Source: a virus (taxonomy: Duplodnaviria; Heunggongvirae; Uroviricota; Caudoviricetes). Taken from it: a DNA stretch of 52,019 nucleotides. The DNA lies in IMG/VR virus record IMGVR_UViG_2724679140_000011, positions 1 through 52,019 of that record; one strand, given 5' to 3'. Shown here piece after piece: positions 9,891-18,401 of this stretch. A program made the position numbers and the translations under genes. The notes beneath the pieces are model-generated. The model saw only the letters and a list, made by a program, of their open reading frames with translations, was not told the DNA's origin and did no database searches. Each line of letters starts with the position of its first letter. Position 1 is the first letter of the stretch.

Positions 9891-10095
9891 TCAGACACCA
9901 ATTATCACGCACGAACCAGTAAATATCGTGCTGACAATCGAGAACGGGAAAGTAATCCACGTGCGCCCGGTTCAGAGCGGCGAGGTTACAGCATCGCTGG
10001 AGACTTTTTTATGGATGGCTGAACGCGCCGGTTACACGATCACCCCACCTGCAGGAGAGAAGGACAATGGCCCTGACAGCGATACGAATTCCTGA
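9883..10095 (+). CDS. hypothetical small protein (MSDQTPIIT...)
   Basis: ATGA start/stop overlap with upstream ORF. Confidence 0.4.
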   Translation: MSDQTPIITHEPVNIVLTIENGKVIHVRPVQSGEVTASLETFLWMAERAGYTITPPAGEKDNGPDSDTNS

Positions 10096-10318
10096 GTGGG
10101 TGCACCTGCAGGCGGTCCGTGTTCTCCGCCAGTTCAGAGCCAGACGAATTCATCCCTGTCGTATGCACGGCTCCGGAAACCTGAGTCTGAGGGTTAATCG
10201 CCGCTGGCGGCTGCTGTCCCGAGACGGCGGCCAGAACTGGGAAGTAATGAGCCATGAACGATACAGCAAAGTTAAGGACCGGAAATGAACAATAAACCTT
10301 CAAACCAAAAGGAGAGTA

Positions 10319-10900
10319 TTGATGATTAATTCAACCATTACCCCTGAACCTACATTAACAGGCATCCGTTTTGGTAATCGAATTATTGGTTATTCAACTG
10401 CGGTTCGCCAGATCGACAACGGTAACTATGACAAACGAATTCCGGACGGGCTCGATCTGATAGCTTGCATTATGGAAGGGATTGAAAGCGGCTGGTTTAT
10501 GCCGTGTATTGAAAAACAAATCATCCTATGGCGCTGGCTTGTTGTCGCCGTGTTCATTGCTGAGGAGCAGGAGAAGAACGGGACTGTCGATGTTCAGAAT
10601 GACAAGGGCGGCGTAGATACAGCCGTTGTATACACCGGAAAACCCGGTTCAATCAGCATTTATCCGTGGTCTGAGCGTTTCGCTCTCGCTAACCATATCG
10701 AGGCGGGCGCAATTGAAAAATACGGGCCTGACGTTGGCCAGCAACTGGCGCTGCGTATGTATCAGGACATGGTTGTAACTGACGAAAAATGCGGATTCAG
10801 GCTGTCAGCGATGGGCCGGGAAGGATTCAACATACTGCATGACAGCTTCATTGAACAGATTCAGAAAGAAGGTATGCCAGACATGCCGGTTATGCACTAA
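10319..10900 (+). CDS. hypothetical protein, 193 aa
   Basis: ORF preceded by ggagag SD-like sequence. Confidence 0.55.
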   Translation: MMINSTITPEPTLTGIRFGNRIIGYSTAVRQIDNGNYDKRIPDGLDLIACIMEGIESGWFMPCIEKQIILWRWLVVAVFIAEEQEKNGTVDVQNDKGGVDTAVVYTGKPGSISIYPWSERFALANHIEAGAIEKYGPDVGQQLALRMYQDMVVTDEKCGFRLSAMGREGFNILHDSFIEQIQKEGMPDMPVMH

Positions 10901-10911
10901 GGAGGACGGAA

Positions 10912-11658
10912 ATGAACACAGTAACGATCAATAACAAACAGCTTCCGGCAGTCGAATATCGCGGTCAGCGTGTTGTGACGCTGGCGATGATTGATGAAGT
11001 CCACCAGCGACCGGAAGGAACCGCAAGCGCTGCTTACCTTCGTAACAAAGAGCGTTTTGTTGAAGGAATTGACACGTATCTTATTGAATATTCAGAAAAC
11101 AACGTATTACGTCCTTTCAATGTTGATGTGCCTTTTCGCGGCCTGAGAGTATTTACGGAAACTGGGTACTTGATGCTTACTAAGCCATTCAACGATGATT
11201 TGGCCTGGAAGGTTCAGCGCGACTTAGTTAACGCCTACTTCCGTACTCGCGCACCGCTAACGGAAATCGAGATGATCGCCGCGATGGCCGCCGACGCCGT
11301 TCGTCAACAGAAGCGCCTGAATCATGTGGAAGAGCAGATCGAAACAGTCACAGAAGCGGTGGAAACCATCAAACGCGGAAATATGCGCGCCGGATATGTC
11401 GGTTATCGCCAGGTGGTCGCCAAAAGCGGAATGACTGATGCCAAGTGTCGCAATCTGGTCAATGCCTACAGCATCCCAACCGATACGCACGAATTTATGA
11501 CACCTGATGGTCTTCTTTCGCGCCGGGCTATCGTGGAGCTGGAGCCGTTCATGAAAGCATTTCATCAGATGATGTCAGAGGCAGAGCCACGCGGCACACG
11601 CTGGTATCACCCGAAGATGGGACTTTTCCAGGTGATCGGATGGGAGGATAAAGCATGA
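10912..11658 (+). CDS. ORF6N/antirepressor-like domain protein
   Basis: N-terminal RVVTLAMIDEVHQRPEGTASAAYLRNKERFVEGIDTYLI resembles the ORF6N pattern; aggagg SD upstream. Confidence 0.55.
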   Translation: MNTVTINNKQLPAVEYRGQRVVTLAMIDEVHQRPEGTASAAYLRNKERFVEGIDTYLIEYSENNVLRPFNVDVPFRGLRVFTETGYLMLTKPFNDDLAWKVQRDLVNAYFRTRAPLTEIEMIAAMAADAVRQQKRLNHVEEQIETVTEAVETIKRGNMRAGYVGYRQVVAKSGMTDAKCRNLVNAYSIPTDTHEFMTPDGLLSRRAIVELEPFMKAFHQMMSEAEPRGTRWYHPKMGLFQVIGWEDKA

Positions 11659-12224
11659 TCATCCAGTCAAAACTTATTCGCGCCGCTCTGGTGTGCGCTG
11701 CTAAAAACGACGTTCGTTATTACCTGAACGGTCTTCACATCACGCCAAAACATATTGAGGCAACCAATGGTTTCGTAGCACTGCGCATGACTCACGGCAT
11801 CCGGACGAAGAAAAACATCATTGTCCAGTTCGAAGGTGGCGTCCCGGCCAAAGCCGAAACGACAGAGCTAATTTTCAGTAAAGAGCCGATCGCTGTTCAT
11901 CGCGACCAGTTTCAGCGACGACTGTCCATTACCGGCATTAAATTGGTGGACGGTTGTTTTCCGGATTTGGAACGCATCATTCCGAAAAAGTTTGACCTCT
12001 GTACTCACCCGGTGATCCAGGCTGGTTACCTGAGTTATCCAGAGAAGATGTTTGGTCGTGAGCGTAAATTTATTCCCGTCCAGTTACGTCCCTCCGGTGA
12101 CGGGCAAGCGGTCAGAATTCAGTTTGATTCCATCATCAACTCAATGTATGGCAATCCTGAATTTGTTGTGATGCCTTGTCGTGATCATGACGATTTCAAC
12201 GTAGCTCAGGAGCATCCGGAATGA
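11655..12224 (+). CDS. hypothetical protein, 189 aa
   Basis: Overlapping start with upstream stop. Confidence 0.55.
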   Translation: MIIQSKLIRAALVCAAKNDVRYYLNGLHITPKHIEATNGFVALRMTHGIRTKKNIIVQFEGGVPAKAETTELIFSKEPIAVHRDQFQRRLSITGIKLVDGCFPDLERIIPKKFDLCTHPVIQAGYLSYPEKMFGRERKFIPVQLRPSGDGQAVRIQFDSIINSMYGNPEFVVMPCRDHDDFNVAQEHPE

Positions 12225-12445
12225 AAATCGAATACCAGGACTACGGAGCCGTAGCGAACATCGTGATCACCAGCACTGTGTTCGAATTTCGTAAACATAA
12301 CCGGGTGGTGGATGCTACGTTGCTTTGTTCGCCGGACGTCATTGCAACTCACAGTGGCGTGTTTTTCATGAAGTCGGTTTTATCCGGTAAAACCCGCGAT
12401 ATGTTGCGGGCATATAAAACAGTTCAACAGGAGGCAGGACGATGA
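12221..12445 (+). CDS. hypothetical small protein
   Basis: Translationally coupled ORF. Confidence 0.4.
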   Translation: MKIEYQDYGAVANIVITSTVFEFRKHNRVVDATLLCSPDVIATHSGVFFMKSVLSGKTRDMLRAYKTVQQEAGR

Positions 12446-13074
12446 GTAACAAAATTAAAAACCCGGTTGTGCTTATTCATAAGCGTGAAAACAGCGACAC
12501 CTACGCAGTCGCAATCACCAGCGGTAGCCAGGACTATCACGATGCCGTTCTGATGGCGACCATGGAGCCAGACATGACGGGGGATAGCATCGATACCTGG
12601 AGTAAAACCGGCTATTACATGGCTGAAGAAATCGAGCGACTGAAACAAGCACTGTCCGCTGCGGAAAATAATCTGATTGATTCCGAATGCCTCGTCGCTG
12701 AATTAAGCAAAGCAAAGGATCACGCATATGGGCTGGTCGACACATACGACTGGCAACGTCAGCGTCTCCACACAGCCGCTGAGAAAGTCATCAAATGGTG
12801 CAGACAAGAAGCTGAACACCGTACCGGCGATCCAGAGAAAGCAGAAAACTATGCGTGCGTTAAAGAACTACGCGTCGCATTAACTTTTTGCAAAAGTTCT
12901 GGAGACATCAGGAAGAAAGGTCTGACCATCACCCTGCCCGATATCACATCAAAGGCATTCTGGAGCGGCACTGGAAAAAGCGCAAAATTCCATCCGGAAA
13001 CCTATAAACGCTGGGTGAAAGAAGCTATCAAACGGGATTGTGTTATTGCCGGGATCGGCGTGGAGGTGAAATGA
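12442..13074 (+). CDS. hypothetical protein, 210 aa
   Basis: ORF with aggagg SD upstream. Confidence 0.55.
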   Translation: MSNKIKNPVVLIHKRENSDTYAVAITSGSQDYHDAVLMATMEPDMTGDSIDTWSKTGYYMAEEIERLKQALSAAENNLIDSECLVAELSKAKDHAYGLVDTYDWQRQRLHTAAEKVIKWCRQEAEHRTGDPEKAENYACVKELRVALTFCKSSGDIRKKGLTITLPDITSKAFWSGTGKSAKFHPETYKRWVKEAIKRDCVIAGIGVEVK

Positions 13075-13161
13075 TGAATTGGCCTGAAGCATTCACCGCA
13101 GTAGGAGTTGCAATAGCGGTGGCATTTATTCTGTATTCACTTTTCCGCTGGGGATAAAGGA

Positions 13162-13404
13162 ATGTTCGCTCTGATTCAAAGTGGTCAGATATACACCGAT
13201 AGTGCTGGCTACCCGATAAAAATTATTCGCTGCATAAACAACTCTGTGTTGTACAGAAGAATGGATGGGCGAACACAGTCGGTAAAAATAAACGATTTTA
13301 ATGAACTGTTTGAACGGATCGATCACCAGGAATACCGACAAATTCTGGCAGAAACAGAGCAGGAAGCTCATTTGAAAAAATTACGAGCCATGAAAAGGAA
13401 GTAA
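13162..13404 (+). CDS. hypothetical small protein
   Basis: ORF in operon upstream of xis/int. Confidence 0.45.
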   Translation: MFALIQSGQIYTDSAGYPIKIIRCINNSVLYRRMDGRTQSVKINDFNELFERIDHQEYRQILAETEQEAHLKKLRAMKRK

Positions 13405-13562
13405 AGAATGAATAAAGCGTTTGAGCTATGGGTACACCAGCGTTACGGAAATCGCTATGACCTGACACGAGATGTTGACGGTTTCTACTGTCGTGAAATT
13501 GTGAGGCGAATGTTTGAAGTGTGGTGCCACTGTCGTGGGCTGAATATTGTGTGAGGTGAACT

Positions 13563-13772
13563 GTGGGGCTGGATTGCGTACCTATATCAACCTACTGCCG
13601 CAACGCGGGAGAAACGCTTGATGCCGTTAACAAACGGATACAAAGAGGAATATGGAAAGAAGGGGTACATGTATTAAAAGTCGACGGAGTTAAAGAACGT
13701 TGGGTCGACTTAATGGAGATTACAAAATGGGCAAGAAAGAACAAGGATCATTATCTCTCCCTAGAGGAGTAA
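13563..13772 (+). CDS. excisionase-like (Xis/AlpA-type) small DNA-binding protein
   Basis: 69-aa basic protein immediately upstream of and overlapping the integrase; GTG start with gaggtg SD. Confidence 0.45.
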   Translation: MGLDCVPISTYCRNAGETLDAVNKRIQRGIWKEGVHVLKVDGVKERWVDLMEITKWARKNKDHYLSLEE

Positions 13773-14905
13773 CTATTCGCCAGCATAAAACTGGCAGCAC
13801 CCTGGTTATCACTTTTACATATAAAGGGGTTCTGTGTCGGGAGCCCCTCTCCAGAATGGAAGCAAACGCGCGCGGTGTGAAGTACGCCGAGCGCCTGCTC
13901 GGGGAGATACAAAACCAGATCGTCAGTGGCACCTTTGAATATGCGAAATATTTCCCCAACTCCAAAAAGCTGGAGCTGTTCGGGGTGGTGAAGAAAACCA
14001 AAAACATAAAGTCCTACCTGGACGAGTACCTGAAAATCTGCCAGAACCGCAACCTGTCCCCGTCGACTATAAATGGTTATGAAAAATGCCTGTCGGCACT
14101 GTCAGCTCTGCATAAACTCCACGTGTCAGAACTGACGCCAGCGGTCCTTAAAAACTGGATAGCCAGCCGGAAAACAAAGCTGAAAACGACCAGGAATAAC
14201 CTTTCGTTTCTGCGCAGCGCCATTGATGAAGCTGTTACGGATGGCCTGCTGACCATTAACCCGGTAACCCTCGTCAGCGCCAGCCGGTACCACGTGATCG
14301 ACAGCAGCCCGAGCGCCGACGATTACGAGGTTGACCCGTTCACGCCAGCGGAGACCCTTGCCATTTACCAGAGCTGCAGGTACACGGAATGGGAAAACCT
14401 GTTCCGCTTTGCTTTCAATACAGGTCTGCGGAGCTCAGAACTGTGCGCGCTGCGCTGGGCTGATCTCGACACCATCGCGAACACAGCCCACGTTCAGGCG
14501 GCCAGTGTCGTAGGGATACTTAAAGGCACCAAGACAAAAGCCGGTACCCGTAAGGTGGAGCTGAACAGTGAGGCGCTGGCGGCCCTGCAGGCGCAGAAGC
14601 AATACACCTTTATGAAAAGTGAGTTCATATTCAGCGATCCGAAAACGGGAGAACCCTGGACGAACGCCGACGCTATCCGTAAAAAAGCATGGGTGCCGAC
14701 CCTGAAAAAAGCTGGTGTGCGCTACCGTAACCCGTACCAGACGCGCCACACATTCGCCACCAGACACATTAGCCAAGGTGTAAACCTTTTCTGGCTTGCC
14801 GGGCAGATGGGGCATAAGGGGCCGGAAATGCTGTTCCGCAATTACGGTAAATACCTGGCTGAATACGACGGGAAAACCGCAATGGAAGCTGGAATGAAGA
14901 AGTGA
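13700..14905 (+). CDS. tyrosine integrase, lambda-Int type (probable start 13727)
   Basis: C-terminal catalytic region with ...RHTFATRHISQGVNLFWLAGQMGHKGPEMLFRNYGKY (R...H..R..Y). Confidence 0.85.
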   Translation: MGRLNGDYKMGKKEQGSLSLPRGVTIRQHKTGSTLVITFTYKGVLCREPLSRMEANARGVKYAERLLGEIQNQIVSGTFEYAKYFPNSKKLELFGVVKKTKNIKSYLDEYLKICQNRNLSPSTINGYEKCLSALSALHKLHVSELTPAVLKNWIASRKTKLKTTRNNLSFLRSAIDEAVTDGLLTINPVTLVSASRYHVIDSSPSADDYEVDPFTPAETLAIYQSCRYTEWENLFRFAFNTGLRSSELCALRWADLDTIANTAHVQAASVVGILKGTKTKAGTRKVELNSEALAALQAQKQYTFMKSEFIFSDPKTGEPWTNADAIRKKAWVPTLKKAGVRYRNPYQTRHTFATRHISQGVNLFWLAGQMGHKGPEMLFRNYGKYLAEYDGKTAMEAGMKK

Positions 14906-14911
14906 TTTGAA

Positions 14912-14940
14912 GAAAAAACCCGGTAAATGCCGGGTCTGTT
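14912..14940. terminator. bidirectional rho-independent terminator
   Basis: acccgg-taaatg-ccgggt hairpin with A6 upstream and T-rich downstream, between convergent int and 14947..15714. Confidence 0.5.
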
Positions 14941-14946
14941 TGATGG

Positions 14947-15714
14947 TTATTCTGTCGCGCCACCTATCGAAACATAATCATGAAATTGATCGTCAATGAG
15001 TCGGTCCTTACAGATAACATGTACAATGTGACGACAACAGTTTTCATCATCATACGCACGACCCCAGCGAACAATCTCATCTACAGACAGATCATTCGCA
15101 CTCCATGGCAAAGTACCTGAAACACCACGCGCACCTGGACCAAGTATGTCCATAAATTTCTTCGTGCGTGAATTGTAGATCCGTACCTCGGCAATTCGAA
15201 TGATGCTACTGGCCCAAAGAGCACCACCGGCAATACTTTGAATGTTATCGCAGATGAGAAACTCATGCTTTCGCGCAAGCATTTTATAGATCTCACGCGC
15301 CAAACCTGCTGATTGGAAATCCTGTGCGATAACAGCGCTTTTCACTTGCTTTCCGGTCATCATCTGACCGTTCTCTTCGATAAAATTAAAGTCGTTGAAC
15401 TGTATACGACCTATTCTTATCGTTTTGTTATCGTCTACCATATCAAGACCCAAGAGGGTATTGACCAGATCCTGCATTGGAACCTTCGAATCAAGAAGGT
15501 CACTGCCATAGTCTAAAAAAAAGTCGTCGGTGGAACATCCCAGTTGATACACATCCAAGTAGTACTGAAACTCACCAGAACTGACAATGTACTCATCAGC
15601 CCTCAGTAAGCCAGCCTCGGCAGTGAAAAAATAGAATGACTCAATAAGACGTTTTTCGCCAAATGGCGTGATGTTCAAGTCCTTGTTATATGAAGGTATT
15701 AACGCAGGAGCCAT
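14947..15714 (-). CDS. hypothetical protein, 255 aa (cargo operon gene 2)
   Basis: 12 bp downstream of the 113-aa gene; lies between prophage integrase and the ssrA att copy. Confidence 0.6.
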   Translation of the reverse strand: MAPALIPSYNKDLNITPFGEKRLIESFYFFTAEAGLLRADEYIVSSGEFQYYLDVYQLGCSTDDFFLDYGSDLLDSKVPMQDLVNTLLGLDMVDDNKTIRIGRIQFNDFNFIEENGQMMTGKQVKSAVIAQDFQSAGLAREIYKMLARKHEFLICDNIQSIAGGALWASSIIRIAEVRIYNSRTKKFMDILGPGARGVSGTLPWSANDLSVDEIVRWGRAYDDENCCRHIVHVICKDRLIDDQFHDYVSIGGATE

Positions 15715-15725
15715 TCAGCAACCTT

Positions 15726-16067
15726 TTAATGGTAGTTAATTTCCCTGTAGTTCTTCTGCATGTATAGAGCAATTGCCGCTTCAATTTTCTTCAGCAGATT
15801 ACTGCTTACATACTGAGGATACTGATCTGCTGGCTTCACAACATAGCGCAATTTTTCTTTGTTCATGGCGATCTCAGCGAACGGGATCACGTCACCGTCA
15901 CGAACTTCATTGTTCAATGTCACAATAAACAGCTGACGTGCCGGGGAGACACGATCACTCAGTCTTCTCACGAAGAACTCGTTTGCTGTGTTTGAGTCAA
16001 CAAAAGAACTGACGAGTTGAGTCCGACGCTCAATCGTCTGTATCGATCTTCTCGCTACTGTTCTCAT
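15726..16067 (-). CDS. hypothetical protein, 113 aa (cargo operon gene 1)
   Basis: gaggagac SD before ATG; preceded by two strong palindromes. Confidence 0.6.
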   Translation of the reverse strand: MRTVARRSIQTIERRTQLVSSFVDSNTANEFFVRRLSDRVSPARQLFIVTLNNEVRDGDVIPFAEIAMNKEKLRYVVKPADQYPQYVSSNLLKKIEAAIALYMQKNYREINYH

Positions 16068-16109
16068 GCTAGTCTCCTCAACACTTCACTGGCTGTGCAG
16101 TGAAGGTAC

Positions 16110-16143
16110 AAAAAGCCACTGATGATAACAGCGTCATCAGTGG
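16110..16143 (-). terminator. 10-bp-stem hairpin followed by T5 on the minus strand, in the leader of the cargo operon
   Basis: ccactgatga-taacagcg-tcatcagtgg; a second 8-bp palindrome sits at 16084-16105. Confidence 0.35.
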
Positions 16144-16401
16144 CCCTTGATGGTGATAACCGCGGTTATCTAAATAGTATGATATTACCTTACGGGTAAT
16201 TCTTCAACGATTGCTCTGAATTGAATAGTCTTGAAGTGCTATGAACAGCACAAAACCGTGCTAATCACCGCCCCAGTGGCGCCTAAATATTTCAAAATGT
16301 TGGACAGAATCAGGACGTTAGAGGTACTACGATATGCACGTAAAATGCACGTGAGGTATTTTAAATTAGAAAAATCATTAACATTCAATTGGTTAAGCAT
16401 T

Positions 16402-16437
16402 TTTCGGATACGGGTTCAACTCCCGCCAGCTCCACCA
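16402..16437 (+). repeat. tmRNA (ssrA) 3'-end fragment, attachment-site core copy
   Basis: ggttcaactcccgccagctccacca matches the E. coli ssrA 3' terminus as recalled; upstream flank is not ssrA. Confidence 0.75.
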
Positions 16438-16544
16438 AATAATGATCCGGATACGTCCGGTGAAGTACAGAAAGCCCGCATGGCACAAGCCCTGCGGGCT
16501 TTTTTGTGTTTGTCGTTGTCCGAGAACATCCGGCTAAATCCGAT

Positions 16545-16600
16545 GATTATTGGTATACGTTTCGGTATACGGTAGGATGTATACCTAAAAGCGTATACCA
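16545..16600. promoter_or_regulatory. GGTATAC repeat cluster (2 direct + 2 inverted) upstream of integrase; candidate arm-type sites/operator
   Basis: ttggtatacg...ggtatac...gtatacc...cgtataccaa read directly. Confidence 0.4.
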
Positions 16601-16621
16601 ATTCATGAAGGAGCGGCCACA

Positions 16622-17821
16622 GTGGCACGGACAACACGCCCCCTGACCAACACCGAAGTTCTGCGCGCGAAAGCGTTAGAGAAGGATCTAACGCTGCATG
16701 ATGGCGATGGGCTTTTCCTGATAGTGAAAACTAGCGGCAAGAAACTCTGGCGCTTTCGCTATCAACGCCCAGCAACAAAACAGCGGACTATGATGGGACT
16801 TGGTGCTTTTCCTGCCCTTTCTCTTGCTGATGCCCGAGGGTTAAGAGCAGATTACCTTGCCCTATTAGCCAACGGAATCGACCCGCAAATTCAAGCTGAA
16901 GTTGCAGAGGAACAGCAGCAAATCGCTCTGGACAGTATTTTTTCGACGGTCGCCGCTAACTGGTTCCAGCTCAAAAGCAAAAGCGTTACCCATGATTACG
17001 CTAAAGATATATGGCGTTCACTGGAAAAAGACGTATTCCCCACCATCGGGGAGATCCCTGTCCAGCAAATCAAAGCCCGAACACTGGTTGAAGCCCTTGA
17101 ACCGATCAAAGCTCGTGGGGCGCTGGAGACGGTGCGCCGGTTGGTGCAGCGTGTTAACGAGATAATGATTTATGCCGTAAATACTGGTCTTATTGATGCC
17201 AATCCAGCATCAGGCATTGGAATGGCCTTTGAGAAGCCAAAAAAACAAAATATGCCTACGTTGCGCCCAGAAGAATTGCCTATGCTGATGCGTTCTCTCG
17301 TCATGTCAAATTTGTCTGTTCCGACTCGCTGCCTCATTGAGTGGCAACTCCTGACTCTAGTTCGTCCTTCTGAGGCTTCCGGTGCTAGGTGGGCTGAGCT
17401 CGATCTCGATGCAAAGCTCTGGACTATCCCAGCTGAACGAATGAAGGCTAAGCGGGAACACATAGTCCCTCTATCTCCTCAGGCATTAGAGATTCTTGAT
17501 GTGATGAAGCTAATCAGTGCCCATCGTGAACATGTTTTCCCGAGTCGGAATGACCCAAAGCAACCAATGAATAGCCAGACGGCAAATGCTGCTTTAAAAA
17601 GGATTGGATTTGGTGGTAGATTGGTTGCTCATGGATTGCGTTCAATTGCCAGCACCGCATTAAATGAAGCGGGTTTTAATGCAGATGTAATTGAGGCTGC
17701 TCTTGCACATAGTGATAAAAATGAAGTGCGCAGAGCATATAATCGTTCAACTTACCTTGAGCAACGAATAGGACTTATGAATTGGTGGGGCCAAAAAGTG
17801 TACGAGCGCAATCAATATTAG
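16622..17821 (+). CDS. P4-type tyrosine integrase (CP4-57 IntA-like)
   Basis: N-terminus MARTTRPLT...DGDGLFLIVKTSGKKLWRFRY typical of P4/IntA-like integrases; adjacent to ssrA att copy. Confidence 0.9.
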   Translation: MARTTRPLTNTEVLRAKALEKDLTLHDGDGLFLIVKTSGKKLWRFRYQRPATKQRTMMGLGAFPALSLADARGLRADYLALLANGIDPQIQAEVAEEQQQIALDSIFSTVAANWFQLKSKSVTHDYAKDIWRSLEKDVFPTIGEIPVQQIKARTLVEALEPIKARGALETVRRLVQRVNEIMIYAVNTGLIDANPASGIGMAFEKPKKQNMPTLRPEELPMLMRSLVMSNLSVPTRCLIEWQLLTLVRPSEASGARWAELDLDAKLWTIPAERMKAKREHIVPLSPQALEILDVMKLISAHREHVFPSRNDPKQPMNSQTANAALKRIGFGGRLVAHGLRSIASTALNEAGFNADVIEAALAHSDKNEVRRAYNRSTYLEQRIGLMNWWGQKVYERNQY

Positions 17822-17850
17822 TTAACTTGTTATACATGGAGATATAGTTC

Positions 17851-18309
17851 ATGGAGAATAATCTAGATAATTTATGTTATGAATTCTTTAGAGAGTTTTC
17901 ACGTTATGAATATTGCCTTAAGGCATGTGGACTTCATCATAAAATAAAAGATGCTAAAGCGAACTGGGATGAGTATGCAAAGCAAGTTTCTGAAATCATA
18001 AATAACACAACTGATCCAGAGCTAATTGCTGCTATCACCTACTTTAAAGAACACCCACCCAAAAAACAAATCATAGAAGATGACTCTTTAGTTTGGGATG
18101 ATTCTTTACCACAAGAAAAAGATTTAGCAAAATTTCTTTTTTTGTTAATCCGCCGTGTAAGAAACAATCTTTTTCACGGAGGAAAATTTAACGGGAAATG
18201 GTTTGAACCTGAACGTAGTGAGGCGTTACTGCAACATGGCCTTGTTATTTTGAGGCATTGCGGCACAAGGCATAGTGAAGTAAGCAAAGCCTATTCTGGA
18301 ATAGCCTGA
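17851..18309 (+). CDS. hypothetical protein, 152 aa, AT-rich
   Basis: ORF in AT-rich cargo block, convergent with the helicase gene. Confidence 0.5.
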   Translation: MENNLDNLCYEFFREFSRYEYCLKACGLHHKIKDAKANWDEYAKQVSEIINNTTDPELIAAITYFKEHPPKKQIIEDDSLVWDDSLPQEKDLAKFLFLLIRRVRNNLFHGGKFNGKWFEPERSEALLQHGLVILRHCGTRHSEVSKAYSGIA

Positions 18310-18401
18310 GCGGTGTTATAAAAGAGAAGTTTTTGTTACTGGAAGAATGATAAAATTCAAAAACTTCTCTATTGATTGTTTAAAAAATCGTCTAAATAAG
18401 A

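Noticed and set aside
16362-16437. Possible intact tRNA or tmRNA gene
   Set aside because: Only the last ~36 nt match ssrA; upstream sequence does not match ssrA and no acceptor-stem partner is present.
16231-16575. 114-aa plus-strand ORF
   Set aside because: It covers the ssrA att copy and the GGTATAC repeat region upstream of the integrase, so it is most likely noncoding.
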